From positions 1 through 51,474 of the forward strand of contig NW_024705366.1 of NCBI RefSeq assembly GCF_018977255.1: a stretch of DNA of 51,474 bases. Reading direction: 5' to 3'. A program made the position numbers and the translations under genes. Each line of letters starts with the position of its first letter. Positions within the stretch are counted from its first letter, which is position 1. The stretch comes from Callorhinchus milii (Eukaryota). Below, in pieces: positions 24,379 through 36,738 of this stretch. The notes under the pieces were generated by a model, which did not search any database, had not been told where the DNA came from, and saw nothing but the letters and a program-made list of their open reading frames with translations.

Positions 24379-27300
24379 ACTAACGTGTGTACTGTATACA
24401 CACACTACACTCCCACTAACGTGTGTACTGTATACACACACTACACTACCACTAACGTGTGTACTGTATACACACTACACTACCACTAACGTGTGTACTG
24501 TATACACACACCACACTACCACTCCCCACTACCCTGTGTACTGTATACACACAACTACAACACACTCCCCACTAACCTGTGTACTGTATACACACACTAC
24601 ACTCCCACTAAGTGGTACTGTATACACACCACCTTACGGGACGTATACTACCACTAACGTTGTGTACTGTATACACACACACCAACTACCACTCCCCACT
24701 ACCCTGTGTACTGTATACACACACTACACTACCACTCCCCACTACCTGTGTACTGTATACACACACTACACTACCACTCCCACTAACCTGTGTACTGTAC
24801 ACACACTACACTACCACTCCCACTAACCCTGTGTGTACTGTATACACACACTACACCCCACTAACCACTGCCCCACAAAATAACGTGTGTACTGTATACA
24901 CACACTACACTACCACTAACGTGTGTACTGTATACACACACTACACTACCACTCCCACTACCTGTGTACTGTATACACACACTACACTACCACTCCCACT
25001 AACGTGTGTACTGTATACACACACTACACTACCACTCCCACTACCCTGGTGTTACTGTACTACACACACACTACACTACCACTCCCACTAACGTGTGTAC
25101 TGTATACACACACTACACTCCCACTAACCTGTGTACTGTATACACACACTACACTACCACTCCCCCCCCCCTAACCTGTGTACTGTATACACACACTACA
25201 CTACCACTCCCACTAACGTGTGTACTGTATACACACACTACACTCACCACTAACGCTGTGTACTGTATACACACACTACACTACCACTAACCTGTGTACT
25301 GTATACACACACTACACTAACCACTACCACTAACCTGTGTACTGTATACACACACTACACTACCACTCCCCACTAACCTGTGTACTGTATACACACACTA
25401 CACTCCACTAACACCACTACACTACCACTAACCTGTGTACTGTACACACACACTACACTACCACTCCCCACTAACTGTGTACTGTATACACACACTACAC
25501 TACCACTCCCACTAACCTGTGTACTGTATACACACACTACACTACCACTAACCTGTGTACTGACTACACACACTCCTCCCCTAACATGTACTGTATACAC
25601 ACACTACACTACCACTCCCCACTAACCTGTGTACTGTATACACACACTACACTACCACTAACCTGTGTACTGTATACACACACTACACTACCACTCCCAC
25701 TAACCTGTTCTGTACTGTATACACACCACCCCCCCCCCCACTAACCTGTGTACTGTACACACACACTACACTACCACTCCCACTAACCTGTGTACTGTAT
25801 ACACACCACTCCCCACTAACCTGTGTACTGTACACACACACTACACTACCACTCCCCACTAACATGTGTACTGTATACACACACTACACTACCACTCCCA
25901 CTAACCTGTGTACTGTATACACACACTACACTACACTCCCACTACCCTGTGTACTGTATACACACACTACACTACCACTAACCTGTGTACTGTATACACA
26001 CACTACACTCCCACTAACCTGTGTACTGTATACACACACTACACTACCACTAACCTGTGTACTGTATACACACACTACACTACCACTACCCTGTGTACTG
26101 TATACACACACTACACTACCACTCCCACTAACCTGTGTACTGTACACACTCTACACTCCACTAACCTGTGTACTGTATACACACACTACACTACCACTCC
26201 CACTAACCTGTGTACTGTATACACACACTACACTACCACTCCCACTAACCTGTGTACTGTATACACACACTACACTACCACTCCCACTAACCTGTGTACT
26301 GTATACACACTACACTACCACTAACCTGTGTACTGTATACACACACTACACTACCACTACCCTGTGTACTGTATACACACACTACACTACCACTCCCACT
26401 AACCTGTGTACTGTATACACACTACACTACCACTAACCTGTGTACTGTATACACACACTACACTACCACTACCCTGTGTACTGTATACACACACTACACT
26501 ACCACTCCACTAACCTGTGTACTGTACACACTCTACACTCCCACTAACCTGTGTACTGTATACACACACTACACTACCACTCCCACTAACCTGTGTACTG
26601 TATACACACACTACACTACCACTCCCACTACCCTGTGTACTGTATACACACACTACACTACCACTCCCACTAACCTGTGTACTGTATACACACACTACCC
26701 ACTAACCTGTGTACTGTATACACACACTACCACTACCCTGTGTACTGTATACACACACTACACTCCACTAACCTGTGTACTGTATACACACACTACACTC
26801 CCACTAACGTGTGTACTGTATACACACCACACTACCACTCCACTAACCTGTGTACTGTATACACACACTACACTACCCCACTCCCACTACCCTGTGTACT
26901 GTATACACACACTACACTACACCCCCACTACCCTGTGTACTGTATACCACACACTACACTACCACTCCCATAACATGTGTACTGTATACACACACTACAC
27001 TACCACTCCCCACTAACTGTGACTGTAACACACTACCACTCCACTACTGTGTACTGTATACACACACTACACTACCACCCCCACTAACCTGTGTACTGTA
27101 TACACACTACACTACCACTAACCTGTGTACTGTATACACACACTACACTACCACTCCCCACTAACCTGTGTACTGTATACACACACTACACTACCACTAA
27201 ACCTGTGTACTGTACACACACACTACACTACCACTCCCACTAACCTGTGTACTGTATACACACACTACACTCCCACTACCTGTGTACTGTACACACCACT

Positions 27301-27748
27301 ACACTACCACTAACGTGTGTACTGTATACACACACTACACTACCACTAACCTGTGTACTGTATACACACACTACACTACCACTCCCACTACCCTGTGTAC
27401 TGTATACACACACTACACTACACTCCACTAACATGTGTACTGCATACACACACTACACTACCACTCCCACTACCCTGTGTACTGTATACACACACTACAC
27501 TACACTCCCACTAACCTGTGTACTGTATACACACACTACACTACCCACTCCCACTACCCTGTGTACTGTATACACACACTACACTACCACTCCCACTAAC
27601 CTGTGTACTGTATACACACACTACACTACCACTCCCACTACCCTGTGTACTGTATACACACACTACACTACACTCCCACTAACCTGTGTACTGCATATAC
27701 ACACACTACACTACCACTCCCACTAACATGTGTACTGCATATACACAC
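24361..27748. repeat. ~3.4-kb minisatellite, 36-43 bp unit (CACTACACTACCACTCCCACTAACCTGTGTACTGTATACACA)
   Basis: Direct reading. All ORFs in this interval are repeat translations. Confidence 0.97.
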
Positions 27749-27941
27749 AAACGATATATTTCAAGCTGTTTGAATATTTGCTTCAGTTCACGTGCAAGGT
27801 GAAAACGGAGCATCGTACTTTACTTCAAATGGCTGGCAACACTTGGAAGCTCGGCCCTTAAAGTTGTTTTGTGTTAGAGTTGCGAGCAAAGGAAAGTAGT
27901 TCAACATACGTAGGTGGTACGTACACACAAAGGGTTCTTAC

Positions 27942-28013
27942 CTCACAATCTTGGAAGCAGTAGATGGCACGTGGTGGGGGGTGCCACATCTTCTTCCCCG
28001 TGCAGACGATCTC
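27942..28013 (-). CDS. PAPPA: Pappalysin exon, end of sushi/CCP5 (EIVCTGKKMWHPPPRAIYCFQDCE)
   Basis: Aligns with human RVVCTAGLKWYPHPALIHCVKGCE. 72 bp, AG acceptor and GTAAGA donor. Confidence 0.92.
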
Positions 28014-30071
28014 CTGTCGATTCACAAGAACATTTCCGTATCGAATCATTTACTACTCGTGATTTAAAAAAAACCTCCTTTGGCTTGGTAAAATGCCACA
28101 ATGTGTGTTGTGCACCCCACATCCGCCCCACGCGGACGATCGGTAAGGTTTGTCACGCGAACGTCACGTGCCAACTTGTCACTGCTTCAGCCCCCCCGTC
28201 CAGTTGCGTGTTGGGAGAGCAAACGCCCCGCCACGTTCGCAATCGAGCTCGTCGTTTGCGCATCGTCTCAACATTCCAACCTGTTTCCCGTCTTGAATAG
28301 AGAAAGGTGATGCAATCACTGTGCGCCTACAGTTAGAGGGACCCGAGGCGGTGGGGGGGGGGTGCATGCAGGGGGCGTTAATGTATTTAGAAAAGTGCAT
28401 TGACATGGAACGGGTCACTACGTAGCACAGCGCGGGTTGCTGCCAGAGAAGGGGGAGAATCTGCAGTTGCAGCAGCAGCAACAGCAGCCCTGCCTGTCGG
28501 CAGGTCACGTGACAAGTCAGAGAGAGGGGTGTCGGGGAAAGGTGACAGGGGGGGGGGCACGTGAGGTGAGCCCGGGAACCCGCTGGTACGTTCTAGAAGG
28601 GGGGCGTGGCCGGGAGGATAAAAGTGGACCCAGAACGGAAGCTCGGGGCTGTCGCTTAGAGTGGGATCCCCCCGTCGTGCTGATGGAGTCTTCGTCGATG
28701 TCTTCACCTTCTCGGGCGTCGTCAGTCCGGCGGTCTGCCGGCCATCCTGACTGGGGGTGTGTTGTTGTTGTTGTTGTTGCCCCTTGTAGCTCGTGAAGGC
28801 TGCTAATAAACAGAGTGCCTCCTACTTCCCTGTCTCTCCGAGTGTGTCGCTGCATACGGATGTTGTTTGCCGCGTTCTGCAACTGCTGGTGACGACGCCA
28901 TTGCTGCCGCTACCACCGCACGGCTTTAAGCGGGTCTCGTGTGGATGTTCAACTTGTTTCACGTCGTACGTAGCCAACGGCGTTTATCGCAGGTGCGCTT
29001 GAGAGAACGGCCCTCGAAAGCGGATTTCGCAGAATCGATATTAATAGAGGATCAGTCGATGCACCGTGGAAGCGACTGCTGTCGCACGTTGTCACAAAAG
29101 TGTAGAACTCAACTTGTGCGACTTTCGTTTGGTTTAAAACCATTTATCCTCCCCTTCATAACGGAGATGCAGGCGTGCAATGAAAACGTGAACACACCTT
29201 CATACCGACACATAACTGGAGCGCGCCGTGATTTAAACCAACGCTGCAGCCGTCTAAAGCCAACTGTAAAACAAATCAAGAAAGCTTGGTTTCAAGAATG
29301 CAGACGAAAAAAACATCCTCGCAATGTCAACACAAGGTGACATGGCTCAGCAGCACCAGCAGCGCATTTTCCGTTGCTTGCAGATTTTCGCGCTTCAAGC
29401 CCATGGACCGCCCTGGTTAATCACGGGGGTTTTTACCGACCGAAGGAAGATGGCACCGTTTGTTTCGCAGTGGACCCTCAAGATCCCCCGTGAGGTCACG
29501 CAAAACAGAGGTTGTGTGTGCACTGGCACATGAAACTTCTCACAATGTACTTCATCGAGAAAAACCATATCGCAACACCACTGCCGCGCTGGCAGACTCG
29601 CGCGTAAACCTGCAGCAGCAGGGCACTGGGATTGTTGAGACGAGGTGTGAGTGACGCAAGGCGCTTGCAGCTGCTGAGGCATTTAACCTGTTCCCGTGTC
29701 TGAGATGTCTCCAAGTTGCAGGGTGGTGGAGTCCCATTCACCGCCCAATCTCAGAACATGCGAGCGGTTCAGTGTTAATGGTATTTGGAGAGTTATAGCG
29801 CCACTGTTTTTTAACACAATGCAGAGAACTGTAGCGACACGAACTCACTCTGCGATAGCTGGCGCAAAACCGTGCCCCACGCGCCCGCATGGCTTGACGT
29901 GTACGAACGTCATCGGAGCGGAATCACACACGCGTCCACAGAATGGAATTGTAAAGAACCGATGGCGCACACGTGACACGTGCGTACGCCATCGGAACGG
30001 GAAAAGGTTGAGGGGGGAGGGGGTGCCCACCGCACGCAAATCCTCACGCGCGGCTTCAAGAAAGGACCGAC

Positions 30072-30202
30072 CTCAACTTTGGTGGGGAGTGTCCACCAGT
30101 GCGGCAGCGACGGGGCGGTGATCTTCTCCGGGACGGTGACATTCTCAGGGAGCAAAACGGAGTCGCTGTGTGGGATCAGGCAGCTTGTTTTGCACACGGA
30201 TC
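30072..30202 (-). CDS. PAPPA: Pappalysin CCP5 exon (GSVCKTSCLIPHSDSVLLPENVTV...PHWWTLPTKVE)
   Basis: Aligns with human GSECATSCLDHNSESIILPMNVTV...PTRVE. Phase 1/0 fits the neighbouring exons. Confidence 0.92.
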
Positions 30203-30500
30203 CTGGCAACAGGGAGACACCAAACCACCATCACCACCGCCATCGTCGTCATCACGTGTAGATGTTGAACTGCTTCTTGTGTTTAGTTTGTTGTCCTCAC
30301 ACCCTCCCCCCCCGCCGTACTTCCGATGAGCATGGCGTGCTACGTGCGTTGCTAAAGCAGTTCAACACACATACACGTTCACCGTCACGAGGCGCTTGCC
30401 GTTGGACGACTCGGAATCTGTAGCGATCGAGATTTTGTGTCTGCACGGCGCCCCGAGTGTGCCCTCGGAGCTCAAAAAGAGTCAATGGAGACCTTCTAAG

Positions 30501-30901
30501 CAGAGGTCGCAAACGGGTTTTGATTCCCTACTCGTACCCGGCCGCACCAGGGTCGCAAACGGGTACCCGTACCCGGCCGTACCCGTACCCTACCGTACCC
30601 GGCCGGGTACGGGTAGAGTACGGGTACGGGTAGGGTACGGGTATCGGGTATCCGATTGTGACCTCTGGGACGAAGCCATGTTGCAGGCGCGGGTGGGTTG
30701 ATTCTAGGAACTTGAATTGTGAGAAGAGACAAGACGTTGGGAAATGAGCGACAAACGGTGACTCACCTGTGACTCACGGTCTACGCGTACCCGGCCGCAC
30801 CAGGGTCGCAAACGGATACCCGATACCCGGCTACCCGGCCGGGTACGGGTAGCCGGGTATCGGGTAGGGTGCGGGTATCGGGTACCCGGTTGCGACCTCT
30901 G
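30501..30901. mobile_element. hAT-type MITE
   Basis: TIRs CAGAGGTCGCAAACGGGT and ACCCGGTTGCGACCTCTG, a perfect 8-bp TSD CTTCTAAG (30493-30500, 30902-30909), and many internal TACCCG/CGGGTA motifs. Confidence 0.88.
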
Positions 30902-31564
30902 CTTCTAAGTCCCTGCGGAAGACCCGTCCTGTTTCAAAGGGCCTCTCTCTCGAGTCCTCCATCTTGTCCCTCGAGTCATTCTCTCCCTCATTACCTCGCA
31001 CTGAGTCATTCATCTTTAACACGCTTGGTATTCTGGGATCAAATTAAGGGCACCCTTTGAATTAAAATGATCATAATTACGACCGACTGTTGTTCCCCAC
31101 TAAAGTGAAATGTTCTTCCGCACGAAATGACAAGCGTCACGGAGTGCGGTCCGGCGGCAGAGATTCGGGGCTGTGCCGTGGGGCGGCCAAAGATGAGATC
31201 GATTCGTGCGCCTAATGGATAGAGCGCCGAGATTGGCAGTTGCGGCGATTGCGAGGATGACAGTTTCAAAAACTTCTCTCCACACTTTCGTGATGACCGT
31301 TGCCTTACAACGGGAACAAATCTGTACAGGAGGAGACTGATATGTCGGGGCAATGGACCTTCTGAGCAGAGAGACGGAGTGGGCAACACCTTGACCGACC
31401 AATCGTTGTAAAGCCGAAGCTTTTTAAGAAACTGGAAAACTTCGATTGACAAGGTGGCATTTTTTTATTCCCCCACGAGCACAACGATTTGGAAAATCCC
31501 CCTTCAAGAAAAGTGAACAAAAAAAATGGAGCAAATTTACTCTCCTTTGTAAAGCTACAAGTGG

Positions 31565-31737
31565 CACACACAGACACACAGGCACATATACACAGACACA
31601 CACACATACACACAGTGACACACACACAGAGACACAGTGACACACACACAGTGACACAGAGACACACACACAGACACACAGAGACACACACAGAGACACA
31701 CACACAGACACACATACACACACACAGACACACACAC
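31565..31737. repeat. (CA)n/(CAGA) microsatellite
   Basis: Direct reading. Confidence 0.9.
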
Positions 31738-32214
31738 GTAGCAGCAGCAAGTGGCAACTGCAAGTGGATTTGCCACCGCGTAGGTTACGACACAAAGCTC
31801 TCTCCGCTGTGTCTTCTGAGTTTTGCCCGTCGTGCCTTTTAGCCTGGCACGATGCCCGACGTTTCACTCCACGTGCTGGGACCTTCTTCATTCACTTCCC
31901 CCGAAGAAGCCCCCGACACGTCGGGTGAAGTGTTGGAACCGCCGTGCCGAACAGACACGCACAGGCCCAAACCCAAGACGCAAAACTCGCGGGGAGGTGC
32001 GAGAATTTCAATTAAAAGCAACTCCCGTTTGAATGTGGAACCAAACGATGGGGAAGCTTGCTAAAGGCTCTATGGGGGAATCTTTGTCTTTATTATATAT
32101 ATACAAGGTGGAACTGGAACATTGAGATTATTTGGTTGATACATTTCTCAGGTACAATGTACAACATTGTTCACCAGCTGTTGTCCCATCGTTTGGTTCT
32201 ACATTCAAACGTGT

Positions 32215-32338
32215 GTTCTTGGTTCTTTCGGTAAAGTCACGTAGAAGGGAGATAATAAAATAATATGAATATAAAACAAAAAAAATTCTCACGACGTTTC
32301 GACTGCAACACAAGCAGCAATCATCATCAGGTGTGAAA
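32215..32338 (-). mobile_element. Penelope-like pseudo-LTR fragment with variant hammerhead (32290-32333)
   Basis: TTCTTGGTTCTTTCGGTAAAGTCACGTAG...CTCACGACGTTTCG...TCATCAGGTG matches the family. Confidence 0.72.
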
Positions 32339-32489
32339 TCCACCGCAAGAAAATTAGAAAAAAGACGTTTTTCAAATTTTCTTTCTTTTTTCAAATTTTC
32401 TTTCTGTGGATTTCAAACCAAATAATCTCAATGTTCCAGTGCCACCTTGTATATATATAAAAGACAAAAATATAGCCTTTAGCAAGCTG

Positions 32490-32710
32490 CTTGGGCAAGT
32501 TCTGCTAGTGAGCACCTATGAAGGCCGGGGGGGGGGGGGGTGGGTGGTCAGCACCACGCCTGCTCACACGTCACACACCAAGTACTCATTTCAGGCTGAG
32601 TTGACCCAGTGGAGGCCCAGGACTGGTTCAGATATTCGTCGCTGAATATTAGCCGCAAGCCGGAAACGAACTCGGTTGCCGGTTTGCACGCTGCCCACGA
32701 CACTACAGCT
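32490..32710 (-). mobile_element. Diverged SINE copy
   Basis: GGGCAAGTTCTGCTAG, GGTGGTCAGCACCACGCC and GTACTCATTTCAGGCTGAGTTGACC match the SINE body. Confidence 0.65.
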
Positions 32711-32988
32711 ATGGAAGAAGATCACCGGTATAGTCTCAAAAGACTGCAGGGGCAAGTGCTGTCAGTGAGCACCATGAGGGGGTGGGTGATCAGTATCACT
32801 CCCACTATACACACACACACAGAATCAGAATATTCATTTTATATTGGAAGAATCCGATGAGTTACGAAGCTCTTTTTCACACACATCCATTCGAGGCGTG
32901 TCTACCGCTGCTGTGCTACTACCCCCATAACCCCATAAATACTCAACAAAATATACAAATATGTTTGAGAAGCCAGCTACGCCGTTAC

Positions 32989-33130
32989 CTATTCCGTATC
33001 CGGTAGGGCAGTCGCATGTGATGATGAACGGAGGGTCCGGGGCGGTGCACTCGCCCTGCTCGTGCGGGCACAGCTGCAGTTCCCCACTCCAGCGTCCATT
33101 CTTGCTGCACCGGATCACTGTGTGGTTCTG
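32989..33130 (-). CDS. PAPPA: Pappalysin CCP4/CCP5 exon (QNHTVIRCSKNGRWSGELQLCPHEQGECTAP...CPTGYGIG)
   Basis: Aligns with human VIHCRKDGTWNGSFHVCQEMQGQC...CPDGYAIG. CAGCAG tandem acceptor, GTAACG donor. Confidence 0.92.
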
Positions 33131-33152
33131 CTGGTCCAATACAGAGACACAC

Positions 33153-33769
33153 ACAACAACAACAACCGCCATTCGCCACTAAGTGGCGGTGACGTCACCA
33201 CGACGCTTGTGCCAGGCCAAGTGCACCTTGAGGCCACGTGAAGTGTCGAACGCCCGCTGGCAGGAGGTCACGGGGCAGACCCAGCAGGTGCCACGGGTCG
33301 ACTGACCGAGATGACCGAGATGACTGGCTGATGCACCACCTGTGCCCCCTACTGTACAAACTTGCTGTGCTTTAGCCACCCGGCGCTCCGCTCGTTGTTG
33401 TGAGCGTCGCTCCTCCGCCCTCCGTTGTTGTTGGAGGGCGACTGCCTCCAACTGCCCAGTAGCCTCAGGTGCACCTAGCCTGGCACCAGCCTCAGTAGTT
33501 GCAGCAGCGTCCTTCACGAGCCTCCTCCACTGAGGCCGATCTTGACACCGCTGGTACCAGTCATCGGCAAGTCCACTCAGCTCCACGTCCTCCTGTACCA
33601 CATCACTCCATCTCTTCTCTAGCCCGTGCCGCGCCCGTTTAGCCCCCTCTATCTGGCCAAACAAGAGCTGTTTAGGCATGCGGTGGCTGGGCATGCGGGC
33701 TACATGACCCAGCCAACGCAGCCTCGCCTGCCGGAGGAGCTCACCGATGGGACTTTGCCCAGATCTTTC
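33153..33769 (-). mobile_element. 5'-truncated RTE-type LINE 3' end
   Basis: Reverse complement of the LINE 3' end (ERSGQSPIGELLRQARLRWLGHV...C2H2) with a short extra insertion at ~33461-33506. Flanked by (CA)n. Confidence 0.93.
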
Positions 33770-34419
33770 ACACACACACGCGCACACTTGTCAACTCATG
33801 AGTAACATCAATTGCAATGCCTCGAGGCATCTAATCAACATCATGAGTTTGGCAATACCCAAATATGATATAAATCAGCTGATGCATTCATCATCATCTT
33901 CAGTCAATTCAATGCTGGATGAAGGCCTCTCCCCCCCCCCAAGCCTTCATCATCTCCCTTGGTCCTGCAATGTGGCAATCCATCTCGTACTCACACACGC
34001 CAGCTGTCTTTTCCGCTCCATCTCCCCGGTCCCCTCACCTGGCTGCCAATCCGTCATGAATCTCGACCGTCACGAGGCCATCATCCCACGCGGTGACGGC
34101 CTCCTGCCCAAGCCCACGTGCTGCTCCCAGCCGCTAGCATGGTGCATCCAACCTGCGCCGTGCACGCACCTATCCACACTTCTTGGCGCACTGTTCCACT
34201 ATTGTAACCATTTTATTTTTCCAGCATTCCATGTTTCCAAACCCATGTAAACCATTGCGTGCAATTCCTGTACGACAGTTACAGTGTCATTCCTAAGGCA
34301 TCAGAAAGGGGAGGTTGCAAACACGCTCAAGGGAAGGCACTGAACGTATAAATGGCCCCCGGGAAAAACAATAACAGCCACAGGAGGTCCCCGTGAAACT
34401 TAGTGCATATTCAGAGTGC

Positions 34420-36738
34420 GTGTGTGTCACTGTAAATGTGTGTGTGTGTCACTGTAAATGTGTGTCATACTGTAAATGTGTGTGTGTCATACTGTAAATG
34501 TGTGTGTGTCACTGTTAATGTGTGTGTCACTGTAATGTGTGTGTGTTACTGTAAATGTGGTGTGACTGTAATGTGTGTTACTGTAAATGTGTGTGTGTGT
34601 CACTGTAAATGTGTGTCACTGTAAATGTGTGTGTGTGTCACTGTAAATGTGTGTGTTACTGTAAATCTGTGTGTCACTGTATAATGTGTGTGTCACTGTA
34701 AATGTGTGTGTCACTGTTAATGTGTGTGTCACTGTAAATGTGTGTCATTGTATAATGTGTGTGTGTTACTGTAAATGTGTGTCACTGTAAATGTGTGTGT
34801 CACTGTAAATGTGTGTGTCACTGTAAATGTGTGTGTCACTGTAAATGTGTGTGTCACTGTTAATGTGTGTGTCACTGTATAATGTGTGTGTGTTACTGTA
34901 AATGTGTGTCACTGTAAATGTGTGTGTCACTGTAAATGTGTGTGTGTCACTGTAAATGTGTGTGTGTCACTGTAAATGTGTGTGTGTTACTGTAAATGTG
35001 TGTGTCACTGTAAATGTGTGTGTCACTGTAAATGTGTGTCACTGTAAATGTGTGTGTGTGTCACTGTAAATGTGTGTGTGTGTGTCACTGTAAATGTGTG
35101 TGTGTCACTGTAAATGTGTGTGTGTCACTGTAAATGTGTGTGTGTCACTGTTAATGTGTGTGTTACTGTAAATGTGTGTGTGTCACTAGTAAATGTGTGT
35201 GTGTTACTGTAAATGTGTGTGTGGTGTCACTGTTAATGTGTGTGTCACTGTAAATGTGTGTGTGTCACTGTAAATGTGTGTGTGTCACTGTTAATGTGTG
35301 TGTTACTGTAAATGTGTGTGTCACTAGTAAATGTGTGTGTCACTAGTAAATGTGTGTGTTACTGTAAATGTGTGTGTGTTACTGTAAATGTGTGTGTTTA
35401 CTGTAAATGTGTGTGTTACTGTAAATGTGTGTGTGTGTCACTGTTAATGTGTGTGTGTCACTGTTAATGTGTGTGTGTGTTATTGTAAATGTGTGTGTGT
35501 CACTGTTAATGTGTGTGTCACTGTAAATGTGTGTGTCACTGTAAATGTGTGTCACTGTTAATGTGTGTGTGTTACTGTAAATGTGTGTGTGTGTTACTGT
35601 TAATGTGTGTGTGTTACTGTAAATGTGTGTGTCACTGTTAATGTGTGGTGTGTGTCACTGTTAATGTGTGTGTGTTACTGTAAATGTGTGTGTCACTGTT
35701 AATGTGTGTGTGTTACTGTAAATGTGTGTGTGTTACTGTAAATGTGTGTGTGTGTCACTGTTAATGTGTGTGTCACTGTTAATGTGTGTGTGTTACTGTA
35801 AATGTGTGTGTCACTGTTAATGTGTGTGTGTTACTGTAAATGTGTGTGTGTTACTGTAAATGTATGTGTGTGTCACTGTTAATGTGTGTGTGTTACTGTA
35901 AATGTGTGTGTCACTGTTAATGTGTGTGTGTTACTGTAAATGTGTGTGTCACTGTGTGTGTGTCACTGTGTGTGTGTGTCACTGTGTGTGTGTGTTACTG
36001 TAAATGTGTGTGTGTGTTACTGTAAATGTGTGTGTGTGTCACTGTAAATGTGTGTGTGTGTATTACTGTAAATGTGTGTGTGTGTGTCACTGTATAATGT
36101 GTGTGTGTTACTGTAAATCTGAGTGTCACTGTAAATGTGTGTGTCACTGTAAATGTGTGTGTCACTGTAAATGTGTGTGTCACTGTTAATGTGTGTGTCA
36201 CTGTAAATGTGTTGTCCGTGTGTGTCACTGTAAATGTGTGTGTCACTGTAAATGTGTGTGTGTCACTGTAAATGTGTGTCACTGTAAATGTGTGTGTGTG
36301 TTACTGTAAATGTGTATGTCACTGTAAATGTGTGTGTGTGTTACTGTAAATGTGTATGTCACTGTTCATGTGTGTGCCACTGTAAATGTGTGTCACTGTA
36401 AATGTGTGTGTGTCACTGTAAATGTGTGTCACTGTAAATGTGTGTGTGTGTCACTGTAAATGTGTGTGTGTGTCACTGTAAATGTGTGGTGTGTGTCACT
36501 GTAAATGTGTGTGTGTGTCACTGTGTGTGTGTATCACTGTAAATGTGTGTGTCACTGTAAATGTGTGTGTGTCACTGTATGTGTGTGTGTGTGTCACTGT
36601 GTGTGTGTGTGTCACTGTGTGTGTGTGTGTCACTGTGTGTGTGTGTGTCACTGTGTGTGTGTCACTGTGTGTGTGTGTCACTGTGTGTGTGTGTGTCACT
36701 GTGTGTGTGTGTGTGTCACTGTGTGTGTGTGTGTGTCA
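34420..36738. repeat. ~2.3-kb (TG)nTCACTGTAAA satellite, continuing at 40317-40380
   Basis: Direct reading. Confidence 0.97.

Noticed and set aside
24293..27726. Many overlapping ORFs and a regular repeat resembling a CRISPR array
   Set aside because: The units are contiguous with no unique spacers, there are no cas genes, and the context is eukaryotic. It is a minisatellite.
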